17,291 nt of DNA from a virus (taxonomy: Duplodnaviria > Heunggongvirae > Uroviricota > Caudoviricetes): the IMG/VR virus record IMGVR_UViG_2541047683_000005. One strand, 5' to 3'. Positions 1-8,948 of this stretch are shown here, piece by piece (positions within the stretch are counted from its first letter, which is position 1; each line of letters begins with the position of its first letter). The notes beneath the pieces were generated by a model. The model saw nothing but the letters and a program-made list of their open reading frames with translations. It did no database searches and was not told the DNA's origin. The translations under genes and the position numbers were made by a program.

Positions 1-2757
1 TCAGTTCCCCACCGCCTTTCCAAAATCCGGTGCTCTACGTGGCGCAATAGCACCCGGTTCCCACCAACTCGTTATGTCGAACTCCCGTTGCGCGCGGTCC
101 CTTACTCGATCATTGTAACCAGGGTTTGCCATCTCCTGAAGTTGTTGCAATATCAGGTGATTGGTTATCGCTTTCGCATACCACAGGTTTGCGAATGGAG
201 TGATCATGCGGGCTGTTTTCAGTGCATCGGCACCGAATGATGTTTCTTCACCCTGTAGAGCCTTCTGTGGGTTAGTAATCAGTAATTTTGTTAACTGCTC
301 TGCAAAGCTCAACACAGGGCCACCCATAGTGGCACCGATGCTGGAGCCATATTGCGTATGGTCCTGGAAAATAAAATCACCGTAGATACCGAACGAACCA
401 CCTTTCAGTAGAGCCTGAACCCATGTGGTTGGTTTTGTCATATCCAGCGGGTCATTACCATTTAACAAACTGTTCATCTGGATCGCAAACATACCAGCAA
501 GAGTTGTTCCCCCGATATATGAGGCCAGAAATTTAATGGCCGGAACGGTGTCCAAATCCCGTGTTCTGTTAACAAGTTGCCGAAATCCAGCAAATGGGGT
601 TGTTTTGAAGAGCATGAAGCTCTTCATTAACTCGCCAGCATCATCACGGGCATATGTATCAATACCCGTAGCGGTGGTCACAGCATTGGTCATCTCACCG
701 TGCGTAATTCCCAGCAATTTCTGGGCTGCTTCAGCGCGTGCATTACGAATCATGCGCGTGATGGTCTGCTCAGCCTCAGCGTCGAATGCTTCTTTCATCC
801 GTTTCAGGCGTTCTGGAGGGAGATCTCCAAGGGCTGCCAGTGCCTTTTCACTCCCGGCACGAATCCGGGCAATACGGTCTGCCATAATGTCGGCGATTAC
901 GTTATCGGGCACAGCGTAAATCGCGTCTGGCGTCATCCCCATATGCCCGGCAGTAGTCATCGGCCTGAGTTCTGCCGCTGCCATGATGGCCCAGTCCTCA
1001 TTGCTCCATCCCTTGTTAGCCAGAATGGTTTTATCGGTTCCTTTTATATCGTCCAGCGTCTTAAATTTTCTGGTCAGCTCGCCAATATTTTTGTACATCA
1101 GGAGACCAAACGACGCTTTGTTTGCGCGGTCCATAGCGATCAGCCCGGACCACTTCAGTGTCTTCTCTGCGAACCAGCCAGTTATGCCGCGAGACAAGTC
1201 AAACCCGCCCATTTTCGAAACCACAGCAGCATGTGAATCCACCAGCAGACCGAGTTCAGCATTCGCCTTTTTGGCATCTCCACTAAACAGGTTTTTGATA
1301 GTGTTAACGGAAAGCCGCATTCCACCACGGGTAAAGCCCAGCGCCTGCGCATTTGCCCGCATAATTGCCTGGTCGCTGGTTGCTGTCAGTACGCTGGTGC
1401 CAAGCATGGCGCTGGTCATCAGGTTACGCAGACCACCAACTGCTGAAGAGAACACACTCGATGAAGCGACACCATTTAGGCCAGCCATTGAGTTGAACAT
1501 ACGGGCAACTAATTTGGCCTCATCCTCCATTTCTTTTTTGCGTTTCCCGCCTGTTACTGCGCGCTTATAGATGCGATCCAGTACCAGGGAAAAGTTTCTT
1601 TCGGCGTCCGGACCAAAGGCTTTAACGACGCCCAAATCCCTGGATGATGATTGCAGGTGCGACATCATCACCCCCACCAGCGGCTGCTGAGTGTATCGCT
1701 CCATATAGGCGAAGTGTGACTGCGCATCCTTGAACGCCATCACCCTGTGCTGAGAACCACGGCTCTTTATTCCTCCGGCTCCCATAAATGTACCAGGCTC
1801 AATTTTGTTTGCCCCATCAGTGGCCTTCGTTTCAAAGATCGCTTCCAGTGCCTGACGGTACTCGACGTCATTCATAATGCTGCCGTCAGGATTAACGTAA
1901 TTGCTGCGATCCTGCGTGTTGTAAGCGTCATCAACCCATTTCTGGCGGGCAAACTCAATCGGTGGCTGGCGACCTGAAAGACGTGCTGTAGCTTGCTCTG
2001 CCACTGGTAACGATGCCAGCCATTCTTCGCGCCCGGCATTGCGAATAAGGTCAGCATCATCCACATATGGCGTATGCCAGTCTTCTCGCAGGCCTATGTC
2101 AAAGCCGTTGTCGTTCATCTCATGACGAACACGGCCTGTTACATCCTTCCAAATCTGTGCAATTTTCTTCGCCAGGGGATTACCGGTATCTTCGCCATAA
2201 ATTTCTTTCAGGATCTGGAGTTGTGCAGACTTTGCCGCCTGCCTGTCGAATACACTCCGAAACCGCTGCTCTCCAAGCGCCCTGCTCTGCTCGAAGAATT
2301 TGCGGACGTCATCACCTGCTTTTAGAAGTTCAGCACTGAGCTGACGGGACCAGTCCTGATATGCCCCAATTGCAAGCTCTTCAGCAGAAGTAACGGAGAT
2401 ATCAGCTTTGTCTCTCGATCGTCGGCCAGCAAAAATAAACTGCTGCAAATTAACAGGTGTCTGCTGATCAGGCGGGATGTTAGCATCGAGAGTGTCAGTA
2501 ATTTTACTGATGGCGATCGCATTCTGGGCAACACGCTGTCTTTTCTTGTACACATCATGAACCACACGCTGGCGTACCAGTTCTGCTGCATCCATGTATG
2601 TTTGAGCATCAGGAATACCACTTTTGCCTTCTTTTGCATTCTTTCTGTGCACATGCTGCACAGCTTCTTTGATACGATCTTCAATATTTTTCAGCTCATC
2701 AGCCTTTGGCTGGCGACCAAGTGTCTGCGCAATAGCTTCCACACATGCCTGTTTCAT
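1..2757 (-). CDS. Large hypothetical protein, 918 aa; candidate phage virion-internal/ejection-type protein (function unassigned)
   Basis: Uninterrupted minus-strand ORF ending with TGA at 3..1. The track ORF starts at 2778 but that codon is GTG (plus strand 2776-2778 is cac) with no nearby SD. The ATG at 2757 (MKQACVEAI...) has GAGGAA 6 nt upstream and overlaps the upstream stop as TAATG, so it is the preferred start. Protein is rich in A/G/S/T/N/Q with almost no Cys and has Gly/Ala/Ser-rich hydrophobic stretches (e.g. LAGLNGVASSSVFSSAVGG). No catalytic motif recognised. Confidence 0.65.
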   Translation of the reverse strand: MKQACVEAIAQTLGRQPKADELKNIEDRIKEAVQHVHRKNAKEGKSGIPDAQTYMDAAELVRQRVVHDVYKKRQRVAQNAIAISKITDTLDANIPPDQQTPVNLQQFIFAGRRSRDKADISVTSAEELAIGAYQDWSRQLSAELLKAGDDVRKFFEQSRALGEQRFRSVFDRQAAKSAQLQILKEIYGEDTGNPLAKKIAQIWKDVTGRVRHEMNDNGFDIGLREDWHTPYVDDADLIRNAGREEWLASLPVAEQATARLSGRQPPIEFARQKWVDDAYNTQDRSNYVNPDGSIMNDVEYRQALEAIFETKATDGANKIEPGTFMGAGGIKSRGSQHRVMAFKDAQSHFAYMERYTQQPLVGVMMSHLQSSSRDLGVVKAFGPDAERNFSLVLDRIYKRAVTGGKRKKEMEDEAKLVARMFNSMAGLNGVASSSVFSSAVGGLRNLMTSAMLGTSVLTATSDQAIMRANAQALGFTRGGMRLSVNTIKNLFSGDAKKANAELGLLVDSHAAVVSKMGGFDLSRGITGWFAEKTLKWSGLIAMDRANKASFGLLMYKNIGELTRKFKTLDDIKGTDKTILANKGWSNEDWAIMAAAELRPMTTAGHMGMTPDAIYAVPDNVIADIMADRIARIRAGSEKALAALGDLPPERLKRMKEAFDAEAEQTITRMIRNARAEAAQKLLGITHGEMTNAVTTATGIDTYARDDAGELMKSFMLFKTTPFAGFRQLVNRTRDLDTVPAIKFLASYIGGTTLAGMFAIQMNSLLNGNDPLDMTKPTTWVQALLKGGSFGIYGDFIFQDHTQYGSSIGATMGGPVLSFAEQLTKLLITNPQKALQGEETSFGADALKTARMITPFANLWYAKAITNHLILQQLQEMANPGYNDRVRDRAQREFDITSWWEPGAIAPRRAPDFGKAVGN

Positions 2758-4817
2758 TATGGGTTCCTCAAGAAGCACGCTGCCGCTACAGAATAAACCT
2801 TCGATTCGTTCTGGACTGTCTTAATCTGTTCATCCAGCTCAGCCAGGAGATCAGAAAGTTTTGTCGGGTTTCCGGTTTCCGGGTGAGCTATAGTCAGCTC
2901 AGGATTGGCAACAGCCATGTCCCTGGCAGCCATAAGGTCATAGCTGTTGGATGAGAGAACCTGCCCTGTATCTGGATCAACGCTGACGTCCCCTCTGTGT
3001 TCACCAGCCGATGAGAAAGCACTTTCAGCACGAGGGACAGGCGATTCACTAATTGGCTCTGATGATGTTTCATATCTGACACCATTTTCTTCAAAAACCT
3101 TTTGTATTTCATGGTATTGCTCTTGGTAAGTATCAGATATATCTGATCGCAATGGACCATCAAGCCCTCGCGCCATCCCCCCAACATTTACAGGCTGACC
3201 ATCATTAAGTTGCCTGTATGCTTCATCCATGGCGTCAACATGACTGTTGATGCTCTCATTGCTGGTGTGAAGCACTGGTGACGATTCAATATCGTAATGA
3301 AGCCCCTCATTCAAAATGTGGGCTGCATCAATATCGCTTGGTTTTATTCTTTCCCTCGCCCGGATACCAAAAACTTTTTCTACTGCGGCTTCCAGTTTCA
3401 TATTGCGAAGACGCATACTTACGAGTAACCGTAACTGCTCAGGTGTAACGGTTCCAACCTGAATACCACTGTATCTGAATATATAGGCTTTAAAACCTGA
3501 AATAATTTTTTCCCATGACGAAACGCTTGTCTTTAGAGATGGATTTACTGCATGTGCGGCAACTTCTTCAGCGTATAACCACTCAGGATATGTTTCAGGG
3601 TACTCACCCCTTTTCTTATATTCATAATATTGTGACATCCCATATGCAAATTCAGGATAGTCAGAATGCTTGTTTGCAGATTTAAGTACAGCATTAGCTA
3701 GCTTTCTGGCCTTCCAGTCAGGGTAATGGCGCTGCTCAAGATGAAGCGCCTCATGATGAAGGGTTTCTAACAGTTCTTCATGGTCTTTTAATCCATTAAT
3801 ATTTATTCTTATTATTGGTTCTTTTCCAGAAGCTACTGTCACATGACCTTTATTCAGAAGTATTTCTCCATCACTATTTTTTATTGCTGGTTCATTAATA
3901 AGTTCTATTACTCCTGAATCAGATAAATCACGAACCATTGACTCAATGTTACCATCAGGAGATTGCTGATAATGTTCACCAAAAGTTGATTTTATTTCTT
4001 CTGCAGAAATGTTCGACTCTGTACCATCATGGTTATTATGGGTAGTCAGGTGATGAACGCCACCAAAGACCCCGCCTAAAACGGCATCGACTAACATCGC
4101 CTGACCGTCAAATACCCGGTACTGTTTTGCCATCTCCGTGTAGCCTTTTTCCTCCAGTGTTGCACCGACAGAGTAACGGTTCAGTCCACCGAATCCGGTG
4201 TTGATTGCCACACCTGAGGCAATGCGCGTTGCCAGTGTGGTGCCGACGGCAGCGGGTAAGGCCATACCCACAGCATTGAAAAGGCTCTGCTGCGTTGCCA
4301 GGTTACGCGCCGTAGCCTCATCTACTCCCTTCCCTTTAAAATCCTGATAGGACTGCTCATACGTAGAACCGAAGGCTGTAGCAGCGCCGATGAGTGGGCC
4401 GCCAAACATAGTTGTTCCGATTGCAGGAACAAATTTACCAAGCTCATTTAATACCTCAGCCGCCATTCCCTGGCTGCCTGCATCAGGCTTCACATAGCTG
4501 CGGGCATCCTGTAACTGTTTTCCGATCGTGTCGTATGTATCATTCAGTGTTTTGTCAGCATCAGGGAACATCTCCCGAAAAATATTAACAGTCGGTGCCA
4601 CGTCTGCGGTAAATGCCGGATCGCTAATCAGGCGCTTGCTGAATCCGACGGCAGACTGCGCGAGACCGAGAGCCCCCTCCGCCACGCCGCTCAAAAGTGC
4701 AGTACCTGAACCCTGGAAGGGAGTCGGATCGTAGTCTTCTGGCCTTGCTGGGTTGGCAACTGTTTTGTCGTCAATCCATGCCTGACCTTCTGGAGCCAAA
4801 GAAAAAACATCAGACAT
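2757..4817 (-). CDS. Large hypothetical protein, 686 aa, with glycine-rich hydrophobic segments and an HExxH (HHEALH) zinc-metallopeptidase-like motif
   Basis: ATG at 4817 overlaps the upstream stop as TAATG; GAGGG lies 7 nt upstream. N-terminal third has glycine-zipper-like hydrophobic segments (GKFVPAIGTTMFGGPLIGAATAFG; LVDAVLGGVFGGV). HHEALH is encoded at 3741-3758, inside a visibly AT-richer patch (about 3400-4060). Confidence 0.65.
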   Translation of the reverse strand: MSDVFSLAPEGQAWIDDKTVANPARPEDYDPTPFQGSGTALLSGVAEGALGLAQSAVGFSKRLISDPAFTADVAPTVNIFREMFPDADKTLNDTYDTIGKQLQDARSYVKPDAGSQGMAAEVLNELGKFVPAIGTTMFGGPLIGAATAFGSTYEQSYQDFKGKGVDEATARNLATQQSLFNAVGMALPAAVGTTLATRIASGVAINTGFGGLNRYSVGATLEEKGYTEMAKQYRVFDGQAMLVDAVLGGVFGGVHHLTTHNNHDGTESNISAEEIKSTFGEHYQQSPDGNIESMVRDLSDSGVIELINEPAIKNSDGEILLNKGHVTVASGKEPIIRININGLKDHEELLETLHHEALHLEQRHYPDWKARKLANAVLKSANKHSDYPEFAYGMSQYYEYKKRGEYPETYPEWLYAEEVAAHAVNPSLKTSVSSWEKIISGFKAYIFRYSGIQVGTVTPEQLRLLVSMRLRNMKLEAAVEKVFGIRARERIKPSDIDAAHILNEGLHYDIESSPVLHTSNESINSHVDAMDEAYRQLNDGQPVNVGGMARGLDGPLRSDISDTYQEQYHEIQKVFEENGVRYETSSEPISESPVPRAESAFSSAGEHRGDVSVDPDTGQVLSSNSYDLMAARDMAVANPELTIAHPETGNPTKLSDLLAELDEQIKTVQNESKVYSVAAACFLRNP

Positions 4818-7348
4818 TATTCAACCCTCACGACAATAGCTTTATTGGTTCTGGGATCTGTTGCCCAGCGTCCGCTACCATTTACAAGCCGATACCGGTT
4901 ATTGCCGATATTAACTGGCGTGAAATTTGACACTGCATTTACGTTAAGTCCGGCATCTTTCAGTGCTTGTTTCGCAGATGTGGTATAGCGATCTTTGAAA
5001 GTAGATTTATCCATGCCGAAAGGCATTACAACGTCGCCGCCATTAAAACCATTGTATATACCGCCAGTAGCATACTTCACGGCATCAGCTACAATGTCTG
5101 TATCAGGCATACTGGTTCTTACCGTAGATGCATCACCAGATTGATAAGCTATTCCTGCATAAGCGGCTTTGAAAAGGCTATAACTGATCTGGCGTAACTG
5201 CGGGTTACGGGCAAATGCATTACCTACCTGTTCGTCGAAAGCGTCTTTCATCTTATCTTCGCTCGGCAACTGTACCGGAGTTATGCCCGCATTCTTCATG
5301 GCCTTCGTCGGATTCAGTAGTTGGTCGCCGGAAAGAATAACCTTTGCAACGTCGTACTTGTTCATCGTCGGCTTATACCCGATGAACTGACTATATGGGA
5401 TCGTCGGCTTGGTGTTGTCGTACTGGTTATCCGGCGTGCCCAGCAGCAGCGCAGAATAGGCTGTTGCCGCACTGTTCGGAGCAATTACAGATGCCACCTG
5501 CCGTATTGCTGGCGCAGGCAGCTTCTCCCCCATGCTCTGCAACAGTTTAATTGTCTGGTCAACGTTCTGAGTGCCGCGCACCTGCTGTGCCAGCGCAGCC
5601 GCCTCTTCACTGTTGAGGATTGGGGCATTAATTCCCAACGCGCGTAAGCTTTCCTGCGACGAGAAACGGTTAGCCACCTCGGCAGTGATGTCGTCAGGGT
5701 TGTTGCTGGTGATCGGCTTATAGGCTCCGATTTCCACCGCTGCACTAAACGGATTATTCTGCCTCTGGGTTATTACCTTCGTGGCTGCCGCCGATACCCG
5801 GTCGAATAACTCCGCACGAGACGCATACCCCTCCCCTGTTTCACCAGTATCCGGGCGCAATTGCTCAACATATGCGGTAATGCTGCTTGTCGGCATGTTG
5901 CGGAAAGAGCCTATATACTGTCCGGCGATCTGCAAATTTCTGAACTCGATATATCGCAGGTTTCCTTCTCTGACACCATAAGCTGCAATGAACTCATCCT
6001 CACCAGGTGGGTTAGGAAATTCAACGCCACGCATAAACGCAGCCGTCGCATCGCGAACCCTGCTATCGAGCATCGTTCTATATTCAGCCTGCTGCTGTCT
6101 GGCTAATGCATCCGTCTGTCGCAACACGCTGGCCTGATCTGATTCATTTAAAGCATCGAACCAGGCTACACCGGTATAACGTTTATTTTTTGTCGGTAGC
6201 TGAGAAAGCCCCAGTGCGGCACTAACACCTGCAGTTAACTGCTGATCACTGTATGGCTGGCTACCGTTTTCATGATGGATAATGGCTGCACAAAGCGCCT
6301 TCAGGGTATCAGGATTTGATGCATCGAGAGGCTCATCAGCAGAAACGCCAAGTTGTTCGCACACTGCTTTGATATACGACATAGTGTCATTTTTATCAGT
6401 AGGCGGTGCCCAGCGATTAATTATCTCGCTGACGGTATCAATACCCTGCCGCTGATACGACATCAGGTTCCGCCCTAATGCACGAATACCGTGTTCAGGG
6501 GTTTCGAATTTGGCAAAGCGACCATCATCACCAGTCTGCCCAACCCACGGATTAGTTTTGCTGTATTCAAGATTGCCGGGGTTATTGTTGCGTATACCGC
6601 GGGTACGATCGGAAGAGCCACTATCTGCTACAGCACGGCGAGATCCAGCAGCAGTATCGCTTAACTCGCCGTTTTGCTGTCTTACCTGAAGATAGTTTGC
6701 TCCAATAGCATTTTGAGCAGTTGCTTTTGCTGTTGCTTCTTTAAACTCGATTTTCTTGGCCTGGATTTGCTCGTCGCTCCAGCCATGCGCAATACCGTAA
6801 TCCTCAATTTGCTGGAAAGTTTGCGTATTAGCCAATATGTATGCTGCGTTGTCGCCATATAATGCTGCGGCATTTTTACCATTATTCAGCAGTGTCGCCT
6901 GAAACTGGCCTTCTTCGTAGGCATTTATTTGCCCTATCTCGTACCTCCCGGCCTGCGTAGTGAACTGAATGCGCTGCTGCTGCGCCTGCTGCATGAAAGC
7001 ATTACGAGCCTGTTCATCCGGCAGCGACATAGCCAGTTGTTCGACCTGAGCATCAAACTGCTGTGTATACTCATGGCCTTTTCCAATAGCATTTTTCCCT
7101 TTCAGATTAAGCAATCCTGTTTCAGGATTATTCAGCAGATCACTGCCTGTCTGACTGAGTTTAAGGGATGCCTCCTGAACCAAGGCAATATTGGCGCGCT
7201 GTTTTGCCTGACCAAGAACATCAATTGCCTCTGTCCCTGCCCGAACAAAAGCATCACCAATACCTGGCTGAGAAAACGTCTGCAAGCCTGCTGACTGAAC
7301 TCCACGGCTCTCAACCTGACGTCCGGATACTGTTGGTACGACTGGCAT
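4817..7348 (-). CDS. Large hypothetical protein, 843 aa; candidate phage virion-internal protein (function unassigned)
   Basis: ATG at 7348 with GGGGG 6 nt upstream; stop overlaps the next gene start (TAATG at 4815-4819). Gln/Ala/Asn-rich N-terminus typical of phage structural proteins. Conserved-looking segment RNNNPGNLEYSKTNPWVGQ...RWAPPTDKNDT at about aa 251-330 (nt about 6239-6598). Confidence 0.65.
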   Translation of the reverse strand: MPVVPTVSGRQVESRGVQSAGLQTFSQPGIGDAFVRAGTEAIDVLGQAKQRANIALVQEASLKLSQTGSDLLNNPETGLLNLKGKNAIGKGHEYTQQFDAQVEQLAMSLPDEQARNAFMQQAQQQRIQFTTQAGRYEIGQINAYEEGQFQATLLNNGKNAAALYGDNAAYILANTQTFQQIEDYGIAHGWSDEQIQAKKIEFKEATAKATAQNAIGANYLQVRQQNGELSDTAAGSRRAVADSGSSDRTRGIRNNNPGNLEYSKTNPWVGQTGDDGRFAKFETPEHGIRALGRNLMSYQRQGIDTVSEIINRWAPPTDKNDTMSYIKAVCEQLGVSADEPLDASNPDTLKALCAAIIHHENGSQPYSDQQLTAGVSAALGLSQLPTKNKRYTGVAWFDALNESDQASVLRQTDALARQQQAEYRTMLDSRVRDATAAFMRGVEFPNPPGEDEFIAAYGVREGNLRYIEFRNLQIAGQYIGSFRNMPTSSITAYVEQLRPDTGETGEGYASRAELFDRVSAAATKVITQRQNNPFSAAVEIGAYKPITSNNPDDITAEVANRFSSQESLRALGINAPILNSEEAAALAQQVRGTQNVDQTIKLLQSMGEKLPAPAIRQVASVIAPNSAATAYSALLLGTPDNQYDNTKPTIPYSQFIGYKPTMNKYDVAKVILSGDQLLNPTKAMKNAGITPVQLPSEDKMKDAFDEQVGNAFARNPQLRQISYSLFKAAYAGIAYQSGDASTVRTSMPDTDIVADAVKYATGGIYNGFNGGDVVMPFGMDKSTFKDRYTTSAKQALKDAGLNVNAVSNFTPVNIGNNRYRLVNGSGRWATDPRTNKAIVVRVE

Positions 7349-7444
7349 CAGTAACCCCCTGTTTTGAATCGTGTACCAGAATTCATAAAACCTGATTTAA
7401 ATAACATTGGCGTCCCTCCGCTTTGATGCTGTACCAGCGATTCA

Positions 7445-7651
7445 TTACTCACCCCCCGATGCAAAACCATTCTGATTAAGCCAGGCGTTTACGGCATGTC
7501 TGACAATCTGCGCCACGCCTGGTAATGGCTGATCAGGGTGATTGTTCACATGGTCGATTCTGTACTGCTTAAGGCGCATCACGGTCTGTGCATCCAGATG
7601 AACGGAACCACCTCTGACATCGCCTGTGTTCAGGTCATTAATACAATTCAC
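7445..7651 (-). CDS. Small hypothetical protein, 68 aa, first gene of the giant-protein operon (GTG start)
   Basis: ORF with GTG start (plus strand 7649-7651 is cac) preceded by AAGAGGAA 7 nt upstream. It lies just downstream of an intrinsic terminator and 96 bp upstream of the 843-aa gene. No recognisable domain. Confidence 0.45.
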   Translation of the reverse strand: MNCINDLNTGDVRGGSVHLDAQTVMRLKQYRIDHVNNHPDQPLPGVAQIVRHAVNAWLNQNGFASGGE

Positions 7652-7753
7652 AGCAATTTCCTCTTACTGACTAAACTATGCACATTATCGATCGAAAAAA
7701 GTGGTAGATAAACATATTTCTATCATAAAAACAGATTGATTGAGTTCAGATCC

Positions 7754-7777
7754 AAAAAAAGCCGGATTGCTCCGGCT
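7754..7777 (-). terminator. Rho-independent terminator (minus strand)
   Basis: Plus strand reads aaaaaaa-GCCGGA-ttgc-TCCGGC-t. On the minus-strand RNA this is a 6-7 bp GC-rich stem with a 4-nt loop followed by a U7 tract. It sits about 240 nt downstream of the 138-aa gene and upstream of the 68-aa gene. Confidence 0.7.
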
Positions 7778-8017
7778 CTGTGCTTACTTCTGGTAGTTAC
7801 GCCATACTGATTTCCCGATCCCATCTATCCCCATTTCTTTTTCAGTGCGTTTAAGCGACCGTTTCAGGTCTTCTAAATTATCCGGTTGCTTCGGTGGCCT
7901 CTGTGCCTTCCTGGAACATTCCAGTCGTCGCATTGATATGTAATACCGTTCCTTGTCAGTTCCCCAACTGCATTACTTCACCCCATCGCGCCGCCGCTCT
8001 TCGATACAGGGTTTTAG

Positions 8018-8434
8018 TTAGCCTCCGGCTCTTCCGTAGCGCTGTTCTGGTGGATTCACATAGCCCCTTTCTTGCAGGTATTCGCGAATATCAGACATCA
8101 GGAGACGGTTAACCGTGCTCCTGTCTTTTCTCTGGTAAAGGCGTCTGGTGATCATGAAGTAGTTAGCAATGACCTCCGGTATATCCCTGACGCTGATACA
8201 TGCTGTATGCTGGTCAATAGCTTCAATCATCTCTTCACGAGTTACAAAAGTCTGGCGTAAACGAGTGATCACACCATGTACATCTGAATGATCATTTATA
8301 CGCTTATTTTGGCGCTTCGCGCTCTCGACTGTGACACTGACAACAATGTCAACTCTTTGTTTCTCCGCCATTTCATCCACAATGTGATCACCTGCACGGC
8401 GACCATGTGCGTGATCATTTCTTACTATTTCCAT
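8018..8434 (-). CDS. Hypothetical protein, 138 aa
   Basis: ATG at 8434 with GGAGGAG 6 nt upstream; overlaps the 3' end of the FinO-like gene by 20 nt. No recognisable motif. Last gene before the terminator. Confidence 0.55.
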   Translation of the reverse strand: MEIVRNDHAHGRRAGDHIVDEMAEKQRVDIVVSVTVESAKRQNKRINDHSDVHGVITRLRQTFVTREEMIEAIDQHTACISVRDIPEVIANYFMITRRLYQRKDRSTVNRLLMSDIREYLQERGYVNPPEQRYGRAGG

Positions 8435-8912
8435 TCATCTCCTCCAGTAGTTTTCCTGCGTGCATCTGTTGTAGTGGTGTTACCTCGCCGCACGGCTGGC
8501 CTTTCAGGTCGTAACGCGCGCCACCAGCTACCAGGGCGCGGTAATAGCGCGGAGTCTGCACATAACGCGCCAGCGTTGCGCGTAGTGTTCCCTGTCCGAG
8601 TGAAATACCTCTCGCGGCAATATCCTGTATCAGGTCGTCAAATATCCCCACCTTAAGCGGCTTAGGTGATTCCGGGCTGAATAATTCAGGCCATAGCTCA
8701 ATAAGACGGTTAACGCGTCTGCGGTTTTTACGCTGCCGTTTGGTCATACGCCGCCGCGGTGTTTCTCCTGTGAGCTTCTGCTGTGTGTTCTGGTTATCTG
8801 GCATCACTTTATGCGCCGATGTGGTTTTATTCTGCTGCTGAGCCGCCTGTGCTGTTTTCTGCGGCGTGCCGTAAATGCCCTTCGGTTTTCTGTTTATGGT
8901 CAGCTTTGTCAT
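8415..8912 (-). CDS. ProQ/FinO-family RNA-binding protein (RNA chaperone-like)
   Basis: ATG at 8912 with GGGGAAGG upstream. The C-terminal half ([23 protein letters not shown]...[35 protein letters not shown]) matches the ProQ/FinO signature as I recall it from E. coli ProQ (PLKIGIFQDL...LRSALRLYTSSWRYLYGV...RVDLDGNPCGEL). N-terminus is basic and Gln-rich. Confidence 0.85.
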   Translation of the reverse strand: MTKLTINRKPKGIYGTPQKTAQAAQQQNKTTSAHKVMPDNQNTQQKLTGETPRRRMTKRQRKNRRRVNRLIELWPELFSPESPKPLKVGIFDDLIQDIAARGISLGQGTLRATLARYVQTPRYYRALVAGGARYDLKGQPCGEVTPLQQMHAGKLLEEMNGNSKK

Positions 8913-8948
8913 GCCTTCCCCTGTAATTACTCTGTTCGCTGTTGTGAA

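Noticed and set aside
161-2339. Plus-strand ORFs (161-385, 425-919, 700-1236, 983-1570, 1747-1977, 2067-2339, 2074-2325) inside the 918-aa gene region
   Set aside because: All are antisense to a long, well-supported minus-strand ORF. Translations are Cys/Ser/Arg-rich and low-complexity, with no SD or start context. Typical shadow ORFs.
2322-3187. Minus- and plus-strand ORFs nested in alternative frames (2322-2684, 2557-2796, 2624-2824, 2745-2954, 2894-3187, 2947-3129)
   Set aside because: They overlap the 918- and 686-aa genes out of frame or antisense, and their products look like junk. No independent translation signals seen.
4528-7395. Short ORFs on both strands within the 686- and 843-aa genes (e.g. 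4528-4734, 4697-4930, 4967-5197, 5321-5647, 5485-5745, 5781-6106, 6674-6882, 6929-7294, 7132-7314, 7168-7395)
   Set aside because: Embedded in or antisense to the giant ORFs. No RBS or coupling, and compositions atypical of real proteins.
7652-7753. Promoter for the 68-aa/giant-protein operon
   Set aside because: A GATAAT hexamer exists upstream of the 68-aa gene but no convincing -35 at proper spacing. Too weak to annotate without transcript mapping.
7894-8260. Plus-strand ORFs 7894-8112 and 8072-8260
   Set aside because: Antisense to the 138-aa gene and its 3' region, with no convincing SD. The first does overlap the long 3' region flagged as a possible RNA locus, so a small peptide is not fully excluded, only unsupported.
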